DNA from: Spirochaetota bacterium
GTDB lineage: Bacteria; Spirochaetota; UBA4802; UBA5550
NCBI GenBank assembly: GCA_040768125.1
Contig: JAXGNG010000001.1
Span: 1,351,318 to 1,415,317, forward strand
Direction of reading: 5' to 3'
DNA length: 64,000 bases
The notes under the pieces are model-generated. The model saw only the letters and a list, made by a program, of their open reading frames with translations, ran no database searches and was not told where the DNA came from. A program made the translations under genes and the position numbers. How positions within the stretch are numbered: the stretch's first letter is position 1; the number at the start of each line of letters is the position of its first letter. This document shows, piece by piece, positions 20,484 through 30,441 of the stretch.

Positions 20484-20954
20484 CTATCCCGTGTAGACGA
20501 GGGCGGTTTCGGTGCAGTTCAGCCGGTTGGGGCAGCCCGCGCAATCCTTCCATATTTTTTCCGGGAGATCGTTCCTGTCGATTGCAGTAAACCCGTTCTT
20601 CTCGAAAAAAAGAGGGGCGTAGGTGAGCACGAATATCCTGGGGTGCCCGTCCCCACGGGACAGGGCGGTGATGAGGGTCCGCAGAAGCGCCGTGCCGATA
20701 CCCCTCCGGAGATGCTCCTTGTGCACCGCCAGGGAGCGCACTTCCTTGAGATGGTCGCCGTAATCGTAAAACGTGACCACCCCGGTAATGGCGTCATTCT
20801 CCTCCGTCACGAAGAACTTGTTTATGTCGGCGCCGATGTCATCGGGGCTCCGCGCAAGGAGTATCCCCTCCGATGCGTAGGATGATATGATGGCGTGGAT
20901 TTTGCCGATCTCATCTGTCCTTGCTTTTCGAACGATCGCCTCGGTTTTCACCAT
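20484..20954 (-). CDS. GNAT N-acetyltransferase, ArgA-like short N-acetylglutamate synthase type with C-terminal Cys cluster
   Basis: RRGIGTALLRTLI acetyl-CoA motif; C-terminal KIWKDCAGCPNRLNCTE cysteine motif typical of short ArgA-like GNATs. Confidence 0.78.
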   Translation of the reverse strand: MVKTEAIVRKARTDEIGKIHAIISSYASEGILLARSPDDIGADINKFFVTEENDAITGVVTFYDYGDHLKEVRSLAVHKEHLRRGIGTALLRTLITALSRGDGHPRIFVLTYAPLFFEKNGFTAIDRNDLPEKIWKDCAGCPNRLNCTETALVYTG

Positions 20955-21080
20955 GCGCCCCTTCCTTTCACGTGAGTGTTAGGGCACGCGTTCTCCTCAT
21001 AAAGAACTGCGAAGTGACGTACCCGCGGCGCTACCCATGGGCAACGTGCGATCCATTCGGGAAGAACTGCCGCCGCAGGG

Positions 21081-21659
21081 TTACCTTTTGATAACGCGCG
21101 TGTTTTCGGCAAGCGAATATTTTGGATGGGCGGAAATTTTTTTGAGGGCTTCAAGGGCGTCGTCGTGTTTACGGTATGGCCCGATGAATATCCGGAAGCG
21201 GTCGTTATGCTTTGACAGTATGACGGTGTGACCGAGCCCGCTGATGTAGGAGGCCATATTCTGCGACGTGGCGTGGTCATAATCGCCCTTTACCGAGAGC
21301 ACGTAGGGATAACTCTCGCGGGGAAACGCGTTTTTTCCGGGGACGGCCGCCTTTGTTTCGTTGCCGACCATGAAGGGTATTCTTTTCCCGAAATCCGCCA
21401 TGGCGTTGAAGGTCCTGGCGTCGACTATCTCCTTGTCGGTCCCCCCTGAGAACTTTATTCCCACGACGATTCCGACCGTGAAGGAGATAATGCAGAGGGC
21501 GGTAATGGTGAAGAATATCCTGCTCGCCCTCTTCCTGACCCGCTCGATTTCCCGCGGCGTGGTCTGGGTCACGCGGGGATAATACTCCGGGTCAAAATCG
21601 GAGAATTGCGGATGGACCATGCGGGGACTTCTTTTTTCGTAAAAATCGATATTTTGCAT
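21081..21659 (-). CDS. SPOR domain-containing membrane protein
   Basis: N-terminal cytoplasmic region, TM helix IFFTITALCIISFTVGIVVGI, C-terminal SPOR-like fold (YVLSVKGDYDHATSQN...FRIFIGPYRKHDDALEALKKI). Confidence 0.65.
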   Translation of the reverse strand: MQNIDFYEKRSPRMVHPQFSDFDPEYYPRVTQTTPREIERVRKRASRIFFTITALCIISFTVGIVVGIKFSGGTDKEIVDARTFNAMADFGKRIPFMVGNETKAAVPGKNAFPRESYPYVLSVKGDYDHATSQNMASYISGLGHTVILSKHNDRFRIFIGPYRKHDDALEALKKISAHPKYSLAENTRVIKR

Positions 21660-21835
21660 GCCTGGTTCCCTGGATCACACATCATTCCGGGAGACGGACA
21701 CGCCAGGTGCCGCGCATCTCGTTTCCGGGACTCATTATATGAATTCGACATTGTTTGAACGGCGCATAAGAAATTAATTCCGCGCCGGGAAGGGCGGGTT
21801 GAATAAAAAAATGGGCATCCGGCGAGGAATTATAC

Positions 21836-21864
21836 TTGCCAGCATTCATTTGCCGGGTTATAAT
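21836..21864 (+). promoter_or_regulatory. Near-consensus sigma70 promoter TTGCCA-N17-TATAAT upstream of the STAS gene
   Basis: Perfect -10 TATAAT, 17-nt spacer, 5/6 -35. Confidence 0.5.
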
Positions 21865-21939
21865 CTTAGTCATCCAGGTATCCAGAGGCATTCACACGGC
21901 CAATCCAGGGATGTTTCGGAGACGGCGGGGGCCGTACGG

Positions 21940-22320
21940 ATGAAGGAGAAATTCCACGCCATGCGCGGCATCGAGTTCACACAGTACGATTCATATTCAG
22001 TTATTACCCTGCCCGTGGAGGAGATGGATTTCATCAAAACCCCGAAAATATCCGCGGCGATTCAGCGGGAGATCGAGGGCGCGGGGTTCCCGAACATCGT
22101 GCTGGAATTGCCCAACCTCTACTACATCGACTCGACCGGCATGAGCAGCATCGTCAACCTGAGCAGGGCGATGAAGGAAAAGGGAAGCGAAATGGTGCTG
22201 GTTTGTGGAAGCCCGAGGATCATCCAGATCTTCGGCATCGCGAAAATCGGCGCGCATATCAGGATCTTCGGCTCCCTCGAGGACGCCGAGCGTTATTTTA
22301 TCTCCAGGCCCTCATCGTAA
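21940..22320 (+). CDS. STAS domain anti-sigma factor antagonist (SpoIIAA/RsbV-like)
   Basis: MKEKFHAMRGIEFTQYDSYSVITLPVEEMDF...LELPNLYYIDSTGMSSIVNLSRAMKEKGSEMVLVCGSPRI; start trimmed from track ORF 21799. Confidence 0.75.
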   Translation: MKEKFHAMRGIEFTQYDSYSVITLPVEEMDFIKTPKISAAIQREIEGAGFPNIVLELPNLYYIDSTGMSSIVNLSRAMKEKGSEMVLVCGSPRIIQIFGIAKIGAHIRIFGSLEDAERYFISRPSS

Positions 22321-22329
22321 GACTTTTTC

Positions 22330-23088
22330 CTAATCATCCAGGCCCACCATTTTCCTGAGCTCGCGTATCTCCTTCATGGACAGGGGCCGCAACGAGCCCT
22401 TTTTGACGCGCCTGATGGTCAGGGGGCCGTAGGCGGTTCGTTCCAGTCCCCTGACCTTGTAGCCCAGGTTGCCCAGGGTGTAGCGCAATTGCCTTTTTTT
22501 CCCCTCGGACAGTACGATCGTTACCCGCTGCCTGTTGTCGGGGTCACAGTGCACGCGGGCGGGCCTGGTCTTTATTCCGAGCTGGGGGAGATAGACGCCC
22601 TCGCGGATCCTGGTTTCGTCCCCGGGCGCGAGGGGACGGTCAATTTCCAGGCGATATTCCTTGGGCACATGAAACCGCGGGCCCGTAAGCCTGTGGGCGA
22701 GCTCGCCGTCGTTGGTAAGCAGGAGGAGCCCCTCGGAATCACGGTCAAGGCGTCCCACGGGACGCACGCCCCGGCGACGGTATTTTTCCGGAACCAGGTC
22801 CATGACCGTGGGGCGCTTCAGTTCGTCGCTCATCGTGGTGATGTATCCGCGGGGCTTGTTAAGGACCAGTATCTCCGGCTGATCCGCGGGGTGGAGGGGA
22901 ATGCCGTCCATGGTGACACTGTCCCCCGGGGCGATGACGGTTCCGAGGAGCGTCGTTCGAGCGCCGTTGACGGCAATTCTCCCCGAGGATATCAGTGTTT
23001 CCGTTTTGCGGCGGGAACCGAGGCCGCACTGGGCGAGAAATTTATTGAGGCGTATTCCCCCGTGGGGAGGGCGCGGTTTGTTTCGAAT
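22330..23088 (-). CDS. rRNA pseudouridine synthase (RsuA/RluB family) with N-terminal S4 domain; apparent non-canonical (ATT/ATA) start
   Basis: Track ORF 22330..22911 begins at an internal Met. The same frame upstream encodes an S4 domain (IRLNKFLAQCGLGSRRKTETLISSGRIAVNG) up to an in-frame TAA at 23104-23106, with AGGAG RBS and only ATA/ATT as possible starts. Confidence 0.7.
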   Translation of the reverse strand: MRNKPRPPHGGIRLNKFLAQCGLGSRRKTETLISSGRIAVNGARTTLLGTVIAPGDSVTMDGIPLHPADQPEILVLNKPRGYITTMSDELKRPTVMDLVPEKYRRRGVRPVGRLDRDSEGLLLLTNDGELAHRLTGPRFHVPKEYRLEIDRPLAPGDETRIREGVYLPQLGIKTRPARVHCDPDNRQRVTIVLSEGKKRQLRYTLGNLGYKVRGLERTAYGPLTIRRVKKGSLRPLSMKEIRELRKMVGLDD

Positions 23089-23788
23089 TATTTTTCTCCT
23101 TGATTACCGGTTCGGGTCCGGTTTCGATCGAAATCTTCTTGAAGCGGAGCTCAAAATCCTTCATTTCCCTTTTTATGATATAGTCCGCCCCCCGCTTTTC
23201 CAGGTCAAGGTTGCTCTTGAACGAGGTGCCCTCGGAGAACAGTATTTCATTCCTGTCGAAATCGATCGTGAAGGTGCCGACAATGGGTTTTTGCTCGTTT
23301 CCCTTCTGGAAGGAGCGGTATTTCTGCGACTCGTAAAGTTCAAGGCAGTGGTCGGTGAAGTCTCCGAACTCGTTGATGGTCCACCATTTCCCCGCGAGAT
23401 ACTGCTTTACCCTCGCCCGTTCCGCCTCCATGAAGCCGGTGACGATCTTTTCCATGGCGCCTGAATCGGATGAGGAATGGATCGAGACGCCGGTCCCGAA
23501 GACCCACCCGGTGATGCCGTCCCCTGTTTTTACCCTGTACCAGCTGTCATGGGACCGCCCAACCCATGATTTTTCAGCGGAGGTGTCGATAATCCGCACC
23601 GTTTCCCCCTTTCTCAGTTCCGCAACTATTCCGGAAAAGACAAAGGGGTCGATCCTGAGGGGGGTGTAGGCCTGCAGTATTATTCCGTATGATCCCTCGG
23701 GAATTCTCTTCCCGTCTCCGCAGTATGCGAGGAGAAGCGATGCGAGAAGTACGGGTGCGATGATGGATCTGCGTGTCAATTGAGTCAT
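23042..23788 (-). CDS. Lipoprotein with SH3b-like domain
   Basis: Lipobox LLAYC; WYRVKTGDGITGWVFGTGV SH3b-like segment. Confidence 0.55.
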   Translation of the reverse strand: MTQLTRRSIIAPVLLASLLLAYCGDGKRIPEGSYGIILQAYTPLRIDPFVFSGIVAELRKGETVRIIDTSAEKSWVGRSHDSWYRVKTGDGITGWVFGTGVSIHSSSDSGAMEKIVTGFMEAERARVKQYLAGKWWTINEFGDFTDHCLELYESQKYRSFQKGNEQKPIVGTFTIDFDRNEILFSEGTSFKSNLDLEKRGADYIIKREMKDFELRFKKISIETGPEPVIKEKNNSKQTAPSPRGNTPQ

Positions 23789-24036
23789 CCCCTGGATTCC
23801 CTGCCGGGAGCGGTATGCGGTTAATCAGATTCCGGCGGCGCCATTTTTCAAGTATTTTCTTCCCCTCGCCGGGAAAATACTAAATGCGGGGGTGAGGGTT
23901 TTACCGGAAATTATCTTGACGGGGATGGGTATTGCTGGAAGAATATTTACGGATCGGGCAGGGGAAAGGACTTCGCCTCGGTGAATTCCCCTGAAGGACC
24001 GGGTACCACTTCAGTGCATCGGCAGGCGTGTGGATT

Positions 24037-24628
24037 CATGAGACCTCGAGAAATTTTTCAGGACAAAATACTTACGCTGTCCAACGTGCTCACCCTGGTC
24101 AGAATAATGGCCGGTCCCGTTCTGGGCTATTTCATCTACCTCGAACACCGGACCGGCGACGCGTCCTATGTCGCGCACCAGATGGCCGTCGTGGTGGTGA
24201 TCATCCTCTCGGATTTTTTCGACGGTTTTCTTGCCCGCCTGATGAACCAGGTTACGCGGCTCGGACAGTTTCTCGATCCCGTGGCGGACAAGTTCGCGGT
24301 TATCGTTGCCATGGTTTTTCTCGCGCTTTTCAAGGGCTTTCCCCTCTGGGTCCTTGTCCTGGTGCTCGTCAGGGAGGCGGTTGCCGTCGTCGCCGGGGTA
24401 ATCCTCTACACGAAAAAAGATATCGATGTGAAGCCGAACATTTTCGGAAAGCTCTGTGCCGCCAGCATGGCACTGAGCGGCATTATCTACGTGATGTCGA
24501 TTGACTACACCGTCATGGGGATCACCGTAAAGGACGGGTCAGTTTTCCTGGTTATTCTATTCTACGTTCTCGGCGGGATACTCTACGCCAGGTCGTACCT
24601 GAGGGGCGGTCTTGAAAAGAAGGCTTAG
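24037..24628 (+). CDS. pgsA: CDP-diacylglycerol--glycerol-3-phosphate 3-phosphatidyltransferase
   Basis: DFFDGFLARLMNQVTRLGQFLDPVADKF CDP-alcohol phosphatidyltransferase motif; start trimmed to MRPREIF. Confidence 0.8.
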
Positions 24629-25781
24629 CTTTCTTCTGGTCCCGCACCTGGTCGTCCTCCTCGCCGTGTCGCCCCTCCCTTCCCCGGAAGGTGTCTCGAT
24701 CGTCAGGATCGACGGCGCCGAATACATCCCCCTCGATGAGTTGATTGACCGCTTCAGGCTCGATCATGCCTTCGACATGGTGGCCAGGAAGGGCCGGCTG
24801 TATCGCGGTGGCCATCAGGCGGTGTACGCCGTGGGGATATCCGTCATGGTGGTGGACGGCGGACTCTTCAGGGCGTCGTGCGGTGTGCGGCGGAGCAGGG
24901 GACGGGTTTTCCTGCCCCGCGAGGCGGGGGAGCATCTCATCGGGCGTTTTTTCCCGGGACTGCGCCTCGCGGCGAGGGGGGGAAGGCTCGTCGCCGAAAA
25001 GCGCGGGGAAAGCGCGAAGGACGATCCCGAACGAACACCTGACCGACCGGGAGCGGGGGACCGCATCACCTTCATCGTGATCGATCCCGGTCACGGAGGG
25101 AGGGACCCCGGCGCCGTGGGGAAAGGGGGGCTCCATGAAAAGGCAATCACCCTCAAGGTGTCCCGCCTTCTTGAAGGGAAGCTGGCCGCCGGCCTTCCCG
25201 GCGTGCGTATCGTCATGACCCGGAAGGACGACCGGTTCATCGAGCTCTCGCGCCGCACGGAGATCGCGAACCGGCTCCTGAAGAAAGGGCATAACGGTAT
25301 TTTCCTCAGCATCCACGTGAACGCCTCGATCACGAGCAAGGTTTCCGGCTACGAGACCTATTTTCTCTCCCAGAACCCGTCAAACGAGGATGCCCGCTCC
25401 ACGGCGGCCCTCGAGAACAACGTCATCGTCCTCGAGCATAAGACCGGCCGGAAATCATCGTACGACGACGTCGATTACATCGAGGCCATGATGATCACCA
25501 CCCAGATTCAGAAAGAGAGTTCCGCCCTGGCCGATTCGATACAGCGGGGGATGGCGAAGAAAAACCGGGTCTTCTCCTCCAGGGGGGTCAGGAAGGCGGA
25601 TTTTTTCGTCCTTCGCGGGGTGCTGATGCCCGCGGCGCTGGTCGAGATGGGGTATATTTCCAATTCCCGCGAGGCGAAATACCTTAACACGAAATCCCAC
25701 CAGGAGGCGATAGCCGAAGGGATCGCCGAAGGCGTGAAATCATTCATCAGCCGGTACCATCGCCTGATCAGGCTTAATTGA
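24612..25781 (+). CDS. N-acetylmuramoyl-L-alanine amidase (Amidase_3, AmiC-like with N-terminal AMIN-like domain)
   Basis: ITFIVIDPGHGGRDPGAVG...ETYFLSQNP...ADFFVLRGVLMPAALVEMGYISN Amidase_3 motifs. Confidence 0.85.
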   Translation: MKRRLSFLLVPHLVVLLAVSPLPSPEGVSIVRIDGAEYIPLDELIDRFRLDHAFDMVARKGRLYRGGHQAVYAVGISVMVVDGGLFRASCGVRRSRGRVFLPREAGEHLIGRFFPGLRLAARGGRLVAEKRGESAKDDPERTPDRPGAGDRITFIVIDPGHGGRDPGAVGKGGLHEKAITLKVSRLLEGKLAAGLPGVRIVMTRKDDRFIELSRRTEIANRLLKKGHNGIFLSIHVNASITSKVSGYETYFLSQNPSNEDARSTAALENNVIVLEHKTGRKSSYDDVDYIEAMMITTQIQKESSALADSIQRGMAKKNRVFSSRGVRKADFFVLRGVLMPAALVEMGYISNSREAKYLNTKSHQEAIAEGIAEGVKSFISRYHRLIRLN

Positions 25782-25797
25782 CACGGAGCATGAAAAA

Positions 25798-26511
25798 ATG
25801 GTTGCCGGCCCGGGGGCCATTTCCTACTCTACACGCAAGATGGAGCGGAGGGCCATGCAGGCGCTACTGAAAAGAATATCCACTTTTACCGCGGCCCTCA
25901 GGGAAGGCGCGGCGGCATTCATGCGGGGAGCGGGATGGGACTGTTCCCCGGTCAGGCGAATCCGCGCGGAGCTTGTCGACTATCCGGAAGGAAAGGAGAG
26001 GAACCGCCGCCTGATCATCTTCTTCGCGGCGCTCTGCGTCTTCGATTACATGGCCTATTCGTACCATACGGACAAGAACCTGTTCGACATCTTCCCCTCC
26101 ATCCCCTCACTCGGCAGCCAGGTGAGCGCGCCGGTATTTTTCCCCTCCCTCGACGGCACAACGATCGTCGAGGAAATGCGGACGATTCCCCTCTTCGAGG
26201 AAGAGGAAAAGACCGCGCGCTCCCTCTTTGAAGCCGTTGTCCAGGGAAGGAGGTTTGCCAACACGGCGGCGGCGGTTCCCGTCGAGATGATACTGCGAAA
26301 TGTCTGGATACGCCGGGGGCCGAAGGGCGCCCCGTCGGTGTGCGTCTTCGACATCGAGCCTGTCATGGCCCCCCCCGGCACCGGGGTCGTTAGAAACTCC
26401 GAGGCGCTCTTCAGGCAGGCCCTGGAGAAGACGGTCAAGAGAAACATACCCGGCGTGGAACGCGTCCTGGTGCTCGAAAAGGGCGCGGAGTCCCGGCTCT
26501 GGGAGTTCTGA
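25798..26511 (+). CDS. Hypothetical membrane-anchored protein, GerMN-like (often paired with amidases)
   Basis: TM helix LIIFFAALCVFDYMAY then a domain resembling the GerMN/lipoprotein LpqB fold; weak. Confidence 0.4.
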   Translation: MVAGPGAISYSTRKMERRAMQALLKRISTFTAALREGAAAFMRGAGWDCSPVRRIRAELVDYPEGKERNRRLIIFFAALCVFDYMAYSYHTDKNLFDIFPSIPSLGSQVSAPVFFPSLDGTTIVEEMRTIPLFEEEEKTARSLFEAVVQGRRFANTAAAVPVEMILRNVWIRRGPKGAPSVCVFDIEPVMAPPGTGVVRNSEALFRQALEKTVKRNIPGVERVLVLEKGAESRLWEF

Positions 26512-26530
26512 TCGCGCCCGGTTTCGGGTA

Positions 26531-27370
26531 TCAGTAATCCCATTCTCCCCTGAACACCTCGACGGCGGGACCCGAGAGGTAAATACAGTTATCGTCCTCG
26601 CGCCATTCGGTCCGGAGGTCTCCGCCTTTCACGTGCACCAGGATCTTTCTTTCCGTCAGCCTGTTCAGTATGCACGCCGCCGTAACCGCGGAGGCGCCGG
26701 TGCCGCACGACAGGGTTTCGCCGGTTCCCCTCTCCCATGTCCTCTGGACCACCTCTTTTTCGTTGAGTACCTTGACGAATTCCACGTTCGTGCGTTCGGG
26801 GAAAAAAGAGTGATTTTCCACCTGGGGGCCGTATTTTTCGATGGGGAACATCTCGATCTCTTCAACGAAGATGACGACGTGGGGGTTCCCCATCGAGAGG
26901 GCGGTGATTTTAAAGCGCGTGCCGTCATCAAGCGGGAGGGTCTCGTCTATCACCATCCCGGGATCACCCACCATGGGGATGCGCTCCCGCTGGAGAATCG
27001 GTTCACCCATGTTGACGACGACGCTCTCGACCTTCTTGTTTTTCACGGCGAGCTTGAGCCTTTTCACCCCGGCGATCGTCTCGATGCCCACCTCGGGGGC
27101 AGAGATGATGCGGCGGTCGTAGAGATATTTCGCGAAGGACCGGATGCCGTTGCCGCACATTTCAGCCTCGCTCCCGTCGGGATTGAATATCCGCATGCGG
27201 TATTCGGCTTCCTCGGAATCGAGGAGTATAAGAATGCCGTCGGCCCCGACGCCGTAGTGGCGGTCGCAGATGGCGCGCGAAAGCTTCGACAGATCGGGTA
27301 GCCTGTCTTTCCTGCCGTCGATGATGAGGTAGTCGTTGCCGGTACCCTGCATTTTCGTGAACCTGATCAT
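26531..27370 (-). CDS. dapF: Diaminopimelate epimerase
   Basis: MIRFTKMQGTGNDYLIIDG...CGNGIRSFAKYL...GTGASAVTAA catalytic Cys motifs. Confidence 0.9.
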   Translation of the reverse strand: MIRFTKMQGTGNDYLIIDGRKDRLPDLSKLSRAICDRHYGVGADGILILLDSEEAEYRMRIFNPDGSEAEMCGNGIRSFAKYLYDRRIISAPEVGIETIAGVKRLKLAVKNKKVESVVVNMGEPILQRERIPMVGDPGMVIDETLPLDDGTRFKITALSMGNPHVVIFVEEIEMFPIEKYGPQVENHSFFPERTNVEFVKVLNEKEVVQRTWERGTGETLSCGTGASAVTAACILNRLTERKILVHVKGGDLRTEWREDDNCIYLSGPAVEVFRGEWDY

Positions 27371-27580
27371 GGCACGTTCCCCCGCCTGCCGCGCCCGGGG
27401 ACGCGGCGAATCTCATCTGGTGTGGCTCATTCCTACCACGGACGCCCGGAAATGTAAAGCCATAAATTGTTGCCCGCGAGCCCCCGGGGACAGCCGCGCG
27501 TGAATCATCAGGAAGTGAATCAAAAATGTTCTTTTCAAGGAGGGGGATATGTACGATAGCTTGCATGGGGGTATTCCATC

Positions 27581-28393
27581 ATGAACCACATGCGCGCCGC
27601 CGCACTGCCCCTGGGACTTTCCCTCATGTTCGCCCTCTTTTTCATTTTGTTCGAGGGGGGGATTTTCTCAGGGGCGCGGATGACATGGCATCACAGGGGC
27701 GAAGAGATGGCGTCCCGCCTCCTGGCGGTGCCGATTCTCCTCTATCATAACATTGACGGGCGCGGTCCTTTCTCCATAGATTCGGACTCCCTGAGGGAAC
27801 ATTTCTCGCTATTCAGGGAGCGGGGCCTCAGGGTCATTCCCCTGAAGGATCTGATAAGACGACTGGATCGACCCTCGGCCTTTGCCGACCGCGCCATGGT
27901 GGTCACCTTCGACGACGGGTATCCCTCGATGTACTGGAAACTTCTTCCCCTTGCGGGTGAATACGGCTACCCCGTCACCCTCTTCGTCTACGCGGACACG
28001 ATTTCAACGGGACCAGGGCGGGGACTCACCTGGGAGCGGCTGCGGGAGATGGACGGGAAGGGGATTGACATTCAGTCACACAGCATATCCCATCCCGATC
28101 TTACCCGCGTACGCAAGAGGGGGGGGAAGGACGCGTCGAGGAGGCTGTACGAGGAGATCTTCCTTTCGAAAAGGATCATTGAAATGAGGCTCGGAAAGAC
28201 CGTCGAGTATTTCGCCTTCCCCTACGGGCGCTATGATGCCGTCCTCGTGAGCCTCGCCATGGACGCGGGATACCGGCGCGTGTTTTCCACGGATTACGGT
28301 TCAAACGTTATCACGCGGAACAACGCGTGCCTGAGAAGGCAGCACGTGAAAAGCGATTATTCCCCGGGCTATATTGAATCCCTTATACGCTAG
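27581..28393 (+). CDS. Polysaccharide deacetylase family protein (NodB homology domain)
   Basis: VVTFDDGYPSMY...DIQSHSISHPDL...FAFPYGRYD NodB motifs. Confidence 0.8.
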   Translation: MNHMRAAALPLGLSLMFALFFILFEGGIFSGARMTWHHRGEEMASRLLAVPILLYHNIDGRGPFSIDSDSLREHFSLFRERGLRVIPLKDLIRRLDRPSAFADRAMVVTFDDGYPSMYWKLLPLAGEYGYPVTLFVYADTISTGPGRGLTWERLREMDGKGIDIQSHSISHPDLTRVRKRGGKDASRRLYEEIFLSKRIIEMRLGKTVEYFAFPYGRYDAVLVSLAMDAGYRRVFSTDYGSNVITRNNACLRRQHVKSDYSPGYIESLIR

Positions 28394-28558
28394 GCGGGCG
28401 GAACTATTCAGAAGACGTGAAAGTGTATGATATTTTGCATGCCGGACGGTTTTTTTATTGACAATTCTAACAAGTGTTAATTAATGGACACTTCTTCGTC
28501 AAATTTTTCTTCGTTGTTTCGTGCACTTTTTTTACAATCATTGGGAGCGGATTCCGGC

Positions 28559-29290
28559 ATGATCAAAAGGATTTTATTTACTCTCATTATCGCCTCGACG
28601 CTTGGCGCCGGGTATTCCCGGGCGGAGAGCGTTACGTACCTGGACAACCGGCACATCCAGGAGTACAACGGGCGGCTTGGCCTGTGGATGCTCGTGGAGT
28701 CCCAGGGCAGGCTCAACCAGGCGCTGGAATGCTACTCCTCCACCATTGAGGATGTCCGCACGGTGAACGGATCTTTCTCCTGGGGTTCTTACATTTTCGT
28801 GCCCTATTCGAAGAAGTACCTCCAGGAACTGGAGGCGCGCGGGATCAAGCGTGATACGGTGAAAAGCTCGAAGAGCGACTTCATCTGGCCCATCTTCGAT
28901 GTGCAGAACATCTCCTCCCCCTTCGGGCAGCGTGGCAGGAGGTTCCACACAGGGGCCGACATGCCCGCCACGCGCGGCACCCCCGTCGTCGCGGTAATGG
29001 ACGGCCGCGTTCTCGCGGCGCGCTACGAGGGCGGATTCGGCAATACCATCAGCATCGAGCACCGTGACGGCTTTCTCTCCCGCTACGCCCACAACTCGAC
29101 TCATTTCGTCAAGCCGGGGGACTACGTGAAAAAAGGACAGATCATCGCCCTCGTGGGAAGCACGGGCAATTCAACGGGGAACCATCTCCATTTCGAGATC
29201 CGTTACAACGACATTCCCCTCAACCCCCTTGATTTCCTCCCCTACAGGGAGGAGGTCATGAAACCCCATATGCTCAGAAACTGGAAATAG
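28559..29290 (+). CDS. M23 family metallopeptidase
   Basis: HTGADMPATRGTPVVAVMDGRV...GSTGNSTGNHLHFEIRYN (HxxxD / HxH motifs); signal peptide start MIKRILFTLIIAST. Confidence 0.85.
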   Translation: MIKRILFTLIIASTLGAGYSRAESVTYLDNRHIQEYNGRLGLWMLVESQGRLNQALECYSSTIEDVRTVNGSFSWGSYIFVPYSKKYLQELEARGIKRDTVKSSKSDFIWPIFDVQNISSPFGQRGRRFHTGADMPATRGTPVVAVMDGRVLAARYEGGFGNTISIEHRDGFLSRYAHNSTHFVKPGDYVKKGQIIALVGSTGNSTGNHLHFEIRYNDIPLNPLDFLPYREEVMKPHMLRNWK

Positions 29291-29387
29291 CGGTCAGGCA
29301 GGATCGCGGCAGGGCCGGGGATGAAACGAAAAGCGGCGCGTGATGGCGCCGCTTTTCCTGTTTATTCCAGGGACGGGGTTCCCAGGA

Positions 29388-30344
29388 TTACTTGACCTGG
29401 GCCTTCTTGTCGACCTCCGCTTCAAGGTCTATGTTTTTCTTCTTCATGAAGGTCCTGGTTTCAGAGTCGATATAGTAAATGTCGTCGATCATCTCCCCCA
29501 CGGTGGATGTCGTGGGGAAGGTCTTCTTGATCAGCTCGTCCTCGACGGGGGAGCCGGAGTAGGCGCTAGTGGCGAGCCATCCGATTATGGCCTCGATCTC
29601 CTTTCGGGTGTTGTTCTGTATGTTGATCAGGTTGGGGCCGGTTTTAAATCCCCACTGGAACCCGTCGCTGGAATGTACCATGAAGGTCTCGGTTATCCCG
29701 TCCCCGTCGGCATCCTCGGCGTAGTAGACCGTTCCGCCGTCGCTCGTCCTCGCCGAAACCCAGGTGGAGTATTTGACGGCGTCGCCCTCGTATATCTTCC
29801 TGGGTATGCGCTTCCGTTCCACGGCGATCTCGATGTCCTTCCGGTTGACGATCAGGGAGAGGAAGATGGCGGCGTGCTTTTTCAGGAAGCGGTCGCGCAC
29901 GTCAACGTAGAAGTCCTTGTAGTTGCTGGCGACGAATTCCTTCGTGGTGTTCTTCTGCAGTTCGATTTTCCGGTCGGTTATCGTGACGAAGTTGGGCACG
30001 CTCTCGATTTTGTTCGGCCACAGGTCGGGGAGAAACTGGTTTCCCCGGTCATGGAGCAGCCTGTTCGCCAGCACGGCCTCGGTATCGTCATAGCCGTCCT
30101 TGAAGAGGTACACGTTCTTGTCCTTGATGACCATGAGGGCCGCGATCGAGTTATCCTTCGCGTCGGGGGAGAACTCGTTGTAGGGTTTTTCAAAGTGCTG
30201 GTAGAGTATCCTGTCTTCGTCGTACCTGTTGAGTTTCTGTATGTCGATCAGCGTGAAGTCCTTCGACCGCGCGAGGAGCATGCCGGGGAACAGGACCGAA
30301 ATGATGAGGGCGAGTATCGTCATGGTGGCCGTGGGTCGTCGCAT
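29388..30344 (-). CDS. Hypothetical secreted protein (318 aa)
   Basis: Signal peptide MRRPTATMTILALIISVLFPGMLLA; coding-like composition; antisense ORF 29340..30476 rejected. Confidence 0.55.
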   Translation of the reverse strand: MRRPTATMTILALIISVLFPGMLLARSKDFTLIDIQKLNRYDEDRILYQHFEKPYNEFSPDAKDNSIAALMVIKDKNVYLFKDGYDDTEAVLANRLLHDRGNQFLPDLWPNKIESVPNFVTITDRKIELQKNTTKEFVASNYKDFYVDVRDRFLKKHAAIFLSLIVNRKDIEIAVERKRIPRKIYEGDAVKYSTWVSARTSDGGTVYYAEDADGDGITETFMVHSSDGFQWGFKTGPNLINIQNNTRKEIEAIIGWLATSAYSGSPVEDELIKKTFPTTSTVGEMIDDIYYIDSETRTFMKKKNIDLEAEVDKKAQVK

Positions 30345-30441
30345 TGCATTCCTCCAGGGTTAAGGCGGTCCCGCCGATGTCCGTTGGGCCTGTATCAGCT
30401 TTCGGTAGCCTATAGGTTCTTCGCAATTTGTCAAATATTTT

